44,111 nt of DNA, from positions 1-44,111 of the forward strand of contig CAISUK010000193.1 of the NCBI GenBank assembly GCA_903888645.1, written 5' to 3'. Under the pieces are notes generated by a model. That model was not told the DNA's origin. It saw only the letters and a program-made list of their open reading frames with translations, and made no database searches. Positions 34,177-42,861 of the stretch are shown here, in pieces (the first letter of the stretch is position 1; each line of letters begins with the position of its first letter). Both the position numbers and the translations under genes were made by a program. Source of the stretch: an uncultured Pseudomonadota bacterium. GTDB lineage: Bacteria; Pseudomonadota; Gammaproteobacteria; Burkholderiales; Rhodocyclaceae.

Positions 34177-35832
34177 ATGACGAAAGTTGCAATGACGAAA
34201 GAAGCCGACTTCGACGCAGTAGTGATCGGCGCGGGATTTACCGGTCTGTATCAGACCTATCGCCTGCGCGAGTTGGGTTACCGCGTACTGGGGATTGAGG
34301 GGTCAGACAACATTGGCGGTGTCTGGCATTACAACCGCTATCCAGGTTGTCGCATCGATTCGGAGAGCGAAGTTTATGGCTACTTCTGGAACGAACAGCT
34401 AAAGCAAGAGTGGAACTGGACCGAGCGCTTTGCCGGTCAGCCCGAAATCCTGAAATATATCCATCGGGCAGCCGAGATCATGGACATCCGCAAGGATTAC
34501 ATCTTCAACTCCAGGGTTAAAAAGGCGGTGTACGACGAAGAGTCCAACCTCTGGACGCTTCAATTCCAGGAGCCCGATCGTGCGCCCCTAACGGCGCGCT
34601 TCGTCTTCTCGGCACTCGGGCCCCTGTCAGCGCCACAGATGCCCAAGATCCCCGGCATCAACACCTTCAAGGGGCAAAGCTTCCACACAGCCGCTTGGCC
34701 GCGCGACCCTAACGGCTTTGGCTCGGCCAAGCTCGATTTCGCCAACAAGCGGGTGGCAGTGATAGGCCTGGGGTCGACCGGTGTGCAGGTGATTCAGGAG
34801 ATGGGAAAAGTGGCCGGGCAACTGACGGTGTTCCTGCTCGAGCCGAACTGGTGCACGCCGCTGGGCAACGGGCCCATGACGAAGGACCGCATGGACTACA
34901 TTAAGTCGCACTACACCGAGTTCACCGCCAAGTGCGATTCGTCCATCGCTGGATTTCCTCACGAATTTGTTCCGAAGAACCTATTCGATGTTCCGAAGGA
35001 GGAACGTGACGCCAAGCTGGAAGAACTGTATAAGGGCCCGGGCTTCTCGCTGTGGCTCGGGGCATATCAGGATGTCCTGGTGGACCCCGCTGCGAACAAG
35101 TATGTGTCTGATTTCGTGGCAAACAAAATCCGCGAACGGGTCAAGGATCAGCGCATTGCTGAACTGCTGATCCCCAAGGATCATGGTTTCGGGATAAAGC
35201 GGGTTCCGCTCGAGACCAAGTATTACGAGGTCTACAACCAAGACAATGTCTCGGTTGTCGATCTGAAATCGACACCGATCACCCGAATCACCCCAGAGGG
35301 CATCCAGACAACCGATGGCTTGCACGAGTTCGACGTCATCATTTACGCCACTGGCTTCGACGCGATCAGGGGATCGTGGGACCGCATCGACATCCGCGGA
35401 AAGGGTGGTGTTGCGCTGAAAGACCAATGGGATACCAATGGGGTCAAGACCTACATGGGTCTGCAAAGCCCTGGGTTCCCCAACTTCTTCACGATGGTCG
35501 GTCCTCAGAATGGTGCCACCTTCTGCAACATCCCGCGTTGCTCGGCGCTTATTGTTGACTGGCTGACTGAGATGATGGCCCATGTGAAGGAAGCCGGCAT
35601 CCAGCGCATTGAAGCCGATCAACAGGCGGCCGAAGAGTGGACGACCTACTGCGGCAAGCTGATGAGTAAGCTATTGTTGGGCCACACGGACTCGTGGTTC
35701 ACCGGGATCAACTTGAACATCAAGGGCCGCGACAAGCGCGATGTGTTGTTGTTCGTCGGTGGCAACCCCAAGTTCCGAGATTACTGCAACGACGTGCAAA
35801 AGCACGATTACAAGGGGTATCACCTGTCGTGA
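34177..35832 (+). CDS. Baeyer-Villiger (flavin-containing) monooxygenase
   Basis: FAD site VVIGAGFTGL, GGVWHYNRYPGCRIDSES, BVMO fingerprint FKGQSFHTAAWP and second Rossmann motif VAVIGLGSTG. Confidence 0.9.
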   Translation: MTKVAMTKEADFDAVVIGAGFTGLYQTYRLRELGYRVLGIEGSDNIGGVWHYNRYPGCRIDSESEVYGYFWNEQLKQEWNWTERFAGQPEILKYIHRAAEIMDIRKDYIFNSRVKKAVYDEESNLWTLQFQEPDRAPLTARFVFSALGPLSAPQMPKIPGINTFKGQSFHTAAWPRDPNGFGSAKLDFANKRVAVIGLGSTGVQVIQEMGKVAGQLTVFLLEPNWCTPLGNGPMTKDRMDYIKSHYTEFTAKCDSSIAGFPHEFVPKNLFDVPKEERDAKLEELYKGPGFSLWLGAYQDVLVDPAANKYVSDFVANKIRERVKDQRIAELLIPKDHGFGIKRVPLETKYYEVYNQDNVSVVDLKSTPITRITPEGIQTTDGLHEFDVIIYATGFDAIRGSWDRIDIRGKGGVALKDQWDTNGVKTYMGLQSPGFPNFFTMVGPQNGATFCNIPRCSALIVDWLTEMMAHVKEAGIQRIEADQQAAEEWTTYCGKLMSKLLLGHTDSWFTGINLNIKGRDKRDVLLFVGGNPKFRDYCNDVQKHDYKGYHLS

Positions 35833-35964
35833 TCCCTCAGGGCCTTGGCTCTCATAGCGAGGCTATTGCGGAAATACACAAAAAATGAAAAACACCTGCA
35901 GCGCGGCGTCCATCGGGATGTCGCACTGCAGTCCGTGTGATTCAAACAAGATGGAGCAAAACCG

Positions 35965-36708
35965 ATGATTAAACTTTCTGGCAAAACGGCAGTGGTGACC
36001 GGCGGCGCGCGTGGCTTGGGTTCTGCCATCGTTACAGGACTGGCAGCCGAAGGGGCACATGTCCTGGTGGTGGACAGAAACAGGGAAGCGGCCGATGACA
36101 TGGTTGCTCAAATCAAGGCGACCGGTGGTTCTGCTTCCGCCGAGACCCTGGACATTGGCAACCGCGAGGAAGTCATGGCCTTCGGCCGTCGCATTGTCGA
36201 GCAATACGGCAAAATTGACGTGCTGGTGAACAATGCCGGCATCGCTCCCGTCGTCAAGCTGGACGATCCCAGCCTGATGCAAATGTGGGATAAGGTTATT
36301 GACGTGAACCTGAACGGACAATGGGATATCACCATTGCCCTGCTGCCCGCATTGAAGCAAGCTGGCACAAGCATCATATTTGTCGCGTCGATAGCCGCGT
36401 TCACGGCACCGAGATCAAGCGCTGCCTATGGCGCGTCCAAGTTCGCCATCCGCTCGTTGGTGCAGTATTTCGCCCGTGAGCTCGGGCCGCTGGGTGTACG
36501 GGTCAACGCACTGGCGCCGGGACGGATGAAGAGTGACTTGATGACAGCCTCCGGCCCGGCGGCTGAAAAATTCCTTGAACGGGTTCCTCTGGGACGTAAT
36601 GGCGAGACCCATGAAATTGCCGGCCCCGCAGTGTTCCTTGCCTCCGACATGTCGTCCTACGTAACAGGGGTCACGATCCCCGTCGATGGCGGTTTCCTGG
36701 CGCTGTGA
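35965..36708 (+). CDS. Short-chain dehydrogenase/reductase (SDR)
   Basis: TGGARGLGSAI, NNAG and YGASK catalytic motif. GGAG RBS. Confidence 0.9.
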   Translation: MIKLSGKTAVVTGGARGLGSAIVTGLAAEGAHVLVVDRNREAADDMVAQIKATGGSASAETLDIGNREEVMAFGRRIVEQYGKIDVLVNNAGIAPVVKLDDPSLMQMWDKVIDVNLNGQWDITIALLPALKQAGTSIIFVASIAAFTAPRSSAAYGASKFAIRSLVQYFARELGPLGVRVNALAPGRMKSDLMTASGPAAEKFLERVPLGRNGETHEIAGPAVFLASDMSSYVTGVTIPVDGGFLAL

Positions 36709-36836
36709 GGGGCAATGACGTGTCGGGCACATCCCGCGACGATGGCTAACTTAGCACCACACTCGCTGCGGCTGGAGACGCTGGAATATCGCGATCTAAT
36801 CAGGGCTTCCAGTCAGCTGCAATCAGGAGAAGACAC

Positions 36837-37802
36837 ATGACACTGACCAAGATTGAGCCGTTCCTGCCGACGGATCTCACGCAGACAGGCAGTGGCCTGA
36901 ACCGGCCGGAATGCGTTTTAGCAGCCCGAGACGGATCGCTTTACACCGGCGACTGGACGCTGGGCATCGCACGAATCGCGCCCGACGGAACCACCGGCCC
37001 CGCGGTCGAGGCCGATCTGATTGCGCAAGGCTTTCTGCCAAATGGCATCGCACTGACGGCAGATGGTGACTTTTTGTTCGCCAATCTGGGCGAGGCGGGT
37101 GGTGTCTGGCGCGTCGGCCCGCGTGGAGCGGCCCGGCCCTTTGCGACAGAGGTTGCAGGCCGCCCGATTCCTCCCGCCAATTTTGTGCTGGTAGACGGCG
37201 ACAGGGTCTGGATCACTGTCAGTGCGTCGACGCGCAAGCACCAGCACTTCACTGCTGAAGAGAAGACCGGCCAAATACTGTTGGTGCAAGATGGCAAGAT
37301 CACCGTCGCGGCAGACCGGCTGACCTGGACGAACGAACTGCGGATATCACCCGACGGCAACTACCTTTTCGTCAATGAAACCTTTGCCTGCCGCACCGCC
37401 CGGTACGACGTGTCGGCAGACGGCGTGTTGACCAATCCGGTCTGGCTCACCTTTCCAGGAGGTACCTTCCCCGATGGCATGGCCTTCGATGTGGAGGGCG
37501 CGCTGTGGCTCATCTGCGTCGTGTCCAACCGCCTGATCCGCGTCGCACCGGATCTGAGCTGGACCGTCGTGTTTGAAGACATCGACCCCAGCGCGCTTGA
37601 GACAATTGCCTCGGCGCACGCCAAGGGTTGCCTGACACGGGACCAAATCGTGCAAAGCCGTGGATCTTGCGTGTCGAACCTGTCCAGCGTCGCCTTCGGC
37701 GGACCGGACCTGAAGACGCTCTATTTGGGCGGACTGGGGATTGGCGCGGTGCAGGTATTGCAATCTCCGGTAGCGGGAATGCCGATGGAGCATTGGCGAT
37801 AA
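36837..37802 (+). CDS. SMP-30/gluconolactonase/LRE-family lactonase-like protein
   Basis: Repeated beta-propeller signatures (PECVLAARDGSLYTGD, PNGIALTADGDFLF, PDGMAFDVEGALW). AGGAGA RBS. Confidence 0.75.
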   Translation: MTLTKIEPFLPTDLTQTGSGLNRPECVLAARDGSLYTGDWTLGIARIAPDGTTGPAVEADLIAQGFLPNGIALTADGDFLFANLGEAGGVWRVGPRGAARPFATEVAGRPIPPANFVLVDGDRVWITVSASTRKHQHFTAEEKTGQILLVQDGKITVAADRLTWTNELRISPDGNYLFVNETFACRTARYDVSADGVLTNPVWLTFPGGTFPDGMAFDVEGALWLICVVSNRLIRVAPDLSWTVVFEDIDPSALETIASAHAKGCLTRDQIVQSRGSCVSNLSSVAFGGPDLKTLYLGGLGIGAVQVLQSPVAGMPMEHWR

Positions 37803-37934
37803 GAACGTCCTGACCGGCGCGAAAGTGTGGCGGTCGGACAAATCAAAATTTCAGTTAACAAGCCGGTGCCATGGAAACCGGAGCGCGGATAATTCCGTGC
37901 CTCGCGATTTTTGCACTGGGATAGAGGAAAAGAG

Positions 37935-39137
37935 ATGTCGCACTTTCCGCTTCAAGGTGTAGTGGTTGTAGATCTGACTCAGATCTACAACGGCCCCTAT
38001 GCAACCTATCTGCTGGCACTAGCCGGCGCAAAGGTGATCAAAATCGAACCACCCGGTGGCGAATCTCTGCGCCGCCGGGGTGTGGTAGGTGGGGCCGCGC
38101 TGCCCTTTGCAATGCTGAACGGAGCCAAGAAATCCCTCTGTCTGGATCTGAAGTCTGAGCTTGGCAAGCGCGCTTTGCTTGATCTTGTTGCTGGCGCCGA
38201 CGTCCTGGTGGAGAACTTTGCACCGGGGGCGATGGATCGGCTCGGTCTTGGCTATGACTATCTCAAGACGTTGAATCCGCGGTTGATCTACGCAGCCAGT
38301 TCTGGCTATGGCAGCACCGGTCCTTACCGCAAATATCCTGCCATGGATCTGACCGTGCAGGCTATCTCCGGTGTGATGGAGACGACGGGTTTCCCGGATC
38401 GCCCTCCGGTCAAGGCGGGGCCAGCCATATGCGATTTTTTTGCCGGCATCCATCTTCATGCTGCCGTCTTGACCGCACTCTATGACCGCGAACGAACGGG
38501 CGAGGCAAGGCGTGTCGAAGTGGCCATGCAGGATGCCGTCTTTGCCTCTCTCGGCTCCAGCTTTGGATTGTGGTGGGGCTCACAGGGCTCCCAAGGCAAA
38601 AACGACCTGCCCGCGCGCACTGGCAACCGCCATGGAGGCATGGCAGAAGCTCCTTACAATGTTTACCCTGCTGCGGATGGTTGGGTGGCGATCATCTGTG
38701 TGGGCGAACTGCACTGGAAAAAGCTGACTACGGTGATGGACCGTCCCGAACTTCCGGCCGATCCGCGTTTTGCCGATCTCAAGTCGCGTGTCGCCAACGT
38801 GGACGCCGTCGACGAGGCCGTGTCCTCGTGGACGCGGACGCGGACGAAAAAGGCCATCTTTGAAGAACTGATCGCCAACGGCGTACCGTGCGCACCGGTG
38901 CGCAACCTGGACGAAGTGGTCCATGACCAGAACATGCATGAGCGAGGCGCGCTGCAGTATCAAGATCATCCGGAATATGGGCGCATCATCGTGCAACAAA
39001 CACCCATACGGTTCGATGGGCTGGAGCCAATGACGATTCCCCCCAGCCACAAACTGGGCGAAGATGCTCGCGACGTGCTGTCTACGATGACCACGCTGAA
39101 GGACGAGGAGATCGACCAGATCTGTGGCAAGGTATGA
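37935..39137 (+). CDS. Family III CoA-transferase (CaiB/BaiF type)
   Basis: N-terminal PLQGVVVVDLTQIYNGPYATYLLALAGAKVIKIEPPGG and ENFAPG, typical of the family. Confidence 0.85.
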   Translation: MSHFPLQGVVVVDLTQIYNGPYATYLLALAGAKVIKIEPPGGESLRRRGVVGGAALPFAMLNGAKKSLCLDLKSELGKRALLDLVAGADVLVENFAPGAMDRLGLGYDYLKTLNPRLIYAASSGYGSTGPYRKYPAMDLTVQAISGVMETTGFPDRPPVKAGPAICDFFAGIHLHAAVLTALYDRERTGEARRVEVAMQDAVFASLGSSFGLWWGSQGSQGKNDLPARTGNRHGGMAEAPYNVYPAADGWVAIICVGELHWKKLTTVMDRPELPADPRFADLKSRVANVDAVDEAVSSWTRTRTKKAIFEELIANGVPCAPVRNLDEVVHDQNMHERGALQYQDHPEYGRIIVQQTPIRFDGLEPMTIPPSHKLGEDARDVLSTMTTLKDEEIDQICGKV

Positions 39138-39193
39138 CGCATAGCGCCGAATTGCACGCTGGAAACAGCAGCAGACCAAACGCATCGCGAACT

Positions 39194-39224
39194 GGCTGAA
39201 AATGTCGTGCCGACATTTTCAGCC
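39194..39224. terminator. Perfect 14-bp-stem hairpin between convergent operons
   Basis: GGCTGAAAATGTCG-TGC-CGACATTTTCAGCC read directly. No flanking U-tract, so terminator function is inferred from position only. Confidence 0.45.
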
Positions 39225-39313
39225 ACCGTCCGCTAAAGTGAGTACCAGTGCACCTCGCCGAGCAGGTCTGTGACGATTATTCCCTGTTTAGTCTTCGTTA
39301 ATCTACGGCGCAT

Positions 39314-40501
39314 TCAAGTTGGCAGGAGCGTTCGCTCGCCACGACGCAGGGGCATTGCATAGCGAAGGAACTCCCGAGGATTAGCCAGGCTAAGCACGGC
39401 GGTGACTTCTTCACCGTTGCAACACAAAGCTACGAACTTTTCTTCGGCGGGCGAGCCAGTCACATAAACAATGCGGGGGTTCGCGCCGACCTTGCCAACA
39501 AACTGCAGCCGGGAACCATGCTGGTCAGACCAGAAGTAATGGTCATCAATGACGGGTACTTCGTCGGACTTGCCGCAAATGACTTTTGCCACCCGCGTCG
39601 CCTGGTCAGTCGTTATCGTCCAGTGGAAAGTTGGACTGCAAACGCCATCCATATGACAGCAGGTGGCATCGCCAACACCAAAAATCAGGGGGTCATTCGT
39701 TCTGCCATGAACGTCGCAAATCAAACCGTGATGAAGACCCAGCCCCGTTTCTGCCAGCCAATCGATATTGGTTTTCTGCCCTACGCCCACGATGACAATA
39801 TCCACCGGCAGACTTTCTCCGCTGGAGAGTTCCAGTGCATTCAGCGCATCATCGCCGTGCACTTGGCTCACGGGCGAACCGCAGCGAAAACGGATGCCCT
39901 TGGTTTCATGCCACTGCTGAATGATCTTGCCGAGCTCAACACCCATAGATCGAATCAGTGGCGCTTCCGCGGCTTCGATGACGGTAACCTCGCAATCCAG
40001 AGATATGGCCACCGACGCGATTTCAAGGCCGATGAATCCGGCGCCCACAATCCCGACCCTCGATTTAGCCTGAAGCGCCTTGTTCAGACGACGGGCATCG
40101 TCTGCGCTACGCAACACATGGACATTCTTCTTTCCTTGAAACATCGTCGGCAGAATCGGCCTTGCGCCCGTAGCAATCACCAATTGGTCATAAGTAATGG
40201 CGTCACCGCCTTGCACGGTCAGCTTTTGCGCAGCCCGGTCTAACCCAATGGCCTTGTGCCCAAGCAGGAGTTCGACTTTCAATTCAGCCAGGGCTTCGAC
40301 AGTCATCAGTCGAATGTTTTCGTCGGTAGACTTGCCCAGAAGGTAATTTTTTGACAAGGGCGGCCGATCGTAGGGCAGTTCATTCTCGTCCGAGAGCATG
40401 AAAATTTTTCCGGCATACGCGTGATCCCTTAGTGCCTGTGCCGTTCGGACGGCAGCAAGTCCTCCGCCTACGATTACGGCGTGCTCAATATCTGATGCCA
40501 T
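39314..40501 (-). CDS. FAD-dependent pyridine nucleotide-disulfide oxidoreductase (ferredoxin reductase type)
   Basis: VIVGGGLAAVRTA, PYDRPPLSK and second dinucleotide site VGIVGAGFIGLEIA. Confidence 0.85.
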   Translation of the reverse strand: MASDIEHAVIVGGGLAAVRTAQALRDHAYAGKIFMLSDENELPYDRPPLSKNYLLGKSTDENIRLMTVEALAELKVELLLGHKAIGLDRAAQKLTVQGGDAITYDQLVIATGARPILPTMFQGKKNVHVLRSADDARRLNKALQAKSRVGIVGAGFIGLEIASVAISLDCEVTVIEAAEAPLIRSMGVELGKIIQQWHETKGIRFRCGSPVSQVHGDDALNALELSSGESLPVDIVIVGVGQKTNIDWLAETGLGLHHGLICDVHGRTNDPLIFGVGDATCCHMDGVCSPTFHWTITTDQATRVAKVICGKSDEVPVIDDHYFWSDQHGSRLQFVGKVGANPRIVYVTGSPAEEKFVALCCNGEEVTAVLSLANPREFLRYAMPLRRGERTLLPT

Positions 40502-40588
40502 TATTTATTCTCCATTAGGGCAACGCGTTCGTGATAACGGGGTCCCGCTGGAGACCCCGTTTGGGTTTCAAAACTTACCAGGTCAAGA

Positions 40589-41761
40589 TCAGGAAATGCG
40601 GGATTTGACCTCTTCATGGAATGCGGTTAGTCGACTCTCTGCGGTATTGAACATCAAGCGCCCAAAGCCCTTTGAGTGGGCTACCGTACCCAGACTGTTA
40701 ATGATGGTGGAATTCTCACCCACCACTTTCAGGAAGTGCGCCCAGTCCCGCTCGTTCTGCTTGGCCCACGCTTCTTCGGACATGCCTGCTGGCACCGGAC
40801 CAACGATTCCCCAAGCATCAATGATGGTCTCTTCTGCGGAGACAGGCCAGATCGTCCACATCTGCAAATGGGTTGGGAAGCAACTGAAGATGGTGTTGGG
40901 GAACGCCAGATAATGACAGACGTTGGCACCGTGATGATCTGCCTTGTCTTTCATGCGCTCGGTAAAGCCTGCTACGGGCAGCGTCATCCAGGAATGCGGC
41001 GGACAGACATGTATCTTCGCATCCCGCCACAACATCAGTCCGGCGAGAGTCTCCTGATGCGTGAATGGTACATGCCAGGTTTCGTTGAAGGCATCCACCA
41101 CGACTTTCCAGTTGGCATGCAGCTCCACCGTGGTCCGGTACCGGGTTTGAAAGCCATCCATCCGATAATGGCCGATTTCACCCCACAAGTCACCCAAGTA
41201 CTCCTGCAATGACGGTGCGTCGTTGGAAAAATTGATCCAGACAAAGCCGGACCACTCCACTGCGCGAATCGGCGTCGCACGCAGATTCGTCAACGTAGCT
41301 TCATCGAACGATTCCCGTAAAGGTACATTGGTGACCTCCCCGGCCAGATTATAGGCAAAGCCATGCCAAGGGCATTTTACTTTTCCTGCCTTGCATTGGC
41401 CTGACTCCTTTACCAGACGGGCACCCCGGTGTTGACAGACGTTATGCCAGGCGGCAATCCTTCCATCATCCATGCGGGTGATGACCACGGACTGGCGCAG
41501 CCGATCCCACACTACAAGATCGCGAGGAGACTGGACATCCCAGGAAGGACATACCGGAAACCAGGACTGCATGAAGATCTTTTCGTACTCACGGGCATAT
41601 TGATCCGGATCCGTGTAGACCTTTCCGTCCACAAAGCTTGGCGGCAGGGGATACTGCTTTTCTTCCGCAGTAGGAAACAGATGTCTGTCCACCGGACACC
41701 GTGCAGCTGCGGCGTGACCATCAGGTTCCGGTGCGTCGTTCGTATCACGTTCTTTCGTCAT
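40589..41761 (-). CDS. Rieske (2Fe-2S) non-heme iron oxygenase, alpha-type subunit
   Basis: Rieske motif CQHRGARL...CPWHGFAY. C-terminal catalytic domain with a NETWHVPFTH-like iron-ligand region. Confidence 0.85.
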   Translation of the reverse strand: MTKERDTNDAPEPDGHAAAARCPVDRHLFPTAEEKQYPLPPSFVDGKVYTDPDQYAREYEKIFMQSWFPVCPSWDVQSPRDLVVWDRLRQSVVITRMDDGRIAAWHNVCQHRGARLVKESGQCKAGKVKCPWHGFAYNLAGEVTNVPLRESFDEATLTNLRATPIRAVEWSGFVWINFSNDAPSLQEYLGDLWGEIGHYRMDGFQTRYRTTVELHANWKVVVDAFNETWHVPFTHQETLAGLMLWRDAKIHVCPPHSWMTLPVAGFTERMKDKADHHGANVCHYLAFPNTIFSCFPTHLQMWTIWPVSAEETIIDAWGIVGPVPAGMSEEAWAKQNERDWAHFLKVVGENSTIINSLGTVAHSKGFGRLMFNTAESRLTAFHEEVKSRIS

Positions 41762-41968
41762 GTCTTGCCTCCATTTTGTCCTTTGGACGTTTCACCTTCG
41801 TTTAATCATGCGGCCATACACGCAGAGGGGGAAAAAATAGCCGTGCCATACACTTGTGGATTACAGCGCGCCTTGTTGCCAAACATCGATATCAGGGCGT
41901 TTGCTCCCCTTCGTCACTTGGGCAAGGGAATGTTGTCAGCACTTGACCCAACGATGCGCGACGATGAC

Positions 41969-41984
41969 AAACAATCATTTGTTT
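41969..41984. promoter_or_regulatory. Third copy of the AAACAA-N4-TTGTTT palindrome
   Basis: AAACAA-TCAT-TTGTTT in the divergent region between the Rieske oxygenase gene and the adenosyltransferase gene. Confidence 0.4.
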
Positions 41985-42093
41985 CATGACTTTAGCCTGT
42001 TGTCGCCGAACAGTCAACCGCGAGATTTGTCCGATGAATTTTGCGGTCGCCGCAGAGGAACGGCATCAAAGCTTCCAGCTTATAATCACTTCG

Positions 42094-42642
42094 ATGGGGC
42101 ATCGACTGACGAAGATTTATACACGCACCGGCGACGCCGGCACCACGGGCCTTGGTGACGGCAGCCGCATCGGCAAAGACTCGGCACGCATTGCCGCAAT
42201 GGGTGATGTCGATGAACTCAACTCGCTGATCGGCGTCATTCTTTGCGAAGAGTTGCCGGGCGACCTGCCCGACCTGCTGAGGAGCGTGCAACATGACCTG
42301 TTTGATCTTGGCGGCGAAATGTCGATCCCCGGGGCCGTCTTGCTCAAGGCTACGCAGCCGTCACGCCTCGAAGCAGCAATCGACCGCTACAACGCCGATC
42401 TGGCACCCTTGAAAGAATTCATCCTGCCCGGTGGCAACCGCGCTGCGGCGCAGATGCATGTGGCTCGCACCGTCTGCCGCCGCGCCGAACGCGCGCTAGT
42501 GACGGTAGCGCATGAGCAACAAATCTCGGACGCCAGCCGGCAGTACCTGAACCGGCTATCCGACCTGCTATTTGTGCTTTGCCGCTGGATCAACAAAACC
42601 AGCGGCGGCGATGTGCTCTGGCAAAAAGGCAAGAACGCCTGA
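42094..42642 (+). CDS. PduO-type ATP:cob(I)alamin adenosyltransferase
   Basis: N-terminal KIYTRTGDAGTTGL, GDVDELNS, VQHDLFDLG and LPGG blocks. Confidence 0.85.
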   Translation: MGHRLTKIYTRTGDAGTTGLGDGSRIGKDSARIAAMGDVDELNSLIGVILCEELPGDLPDLLRSVQHDLFDLGGEMSIPGAVLLKATQPSRLEAAIDRYNADLAPLKEFILPGGNRAAAQMHVARTVCRRAERALVTVAHEQQISDASRQYLNRLSDLLFVLCRWINKTSGGDVLWQKGKNA

Positions 42643-42861
42643 TTCGCGACCGTTGCTGGCGCTGTAAAAGTCTGCCCTGTTGATAGGGCTAGGGACCAGG
42701 CAAACAGTTATACGCACTGACCGTTTTTGTTGACGCCGCGTCACCAGCGCCACAGGGATATCCTTCGGTCACACCAACTTTCACCTGCTGCCGCGTCGAG
42801 CGGAGTGCCGACCGTCTAACGCCAATACCAGCTTGCTATTCATTCACTCCGAGCCAATCCT

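Noticed and set aside
41762-42093. Cobalamin riboswitch upstream of the PduO-type adenosyltransferase
   Set aside because: No B12-box-like sequence or the expected conserved stems could be found by eye.
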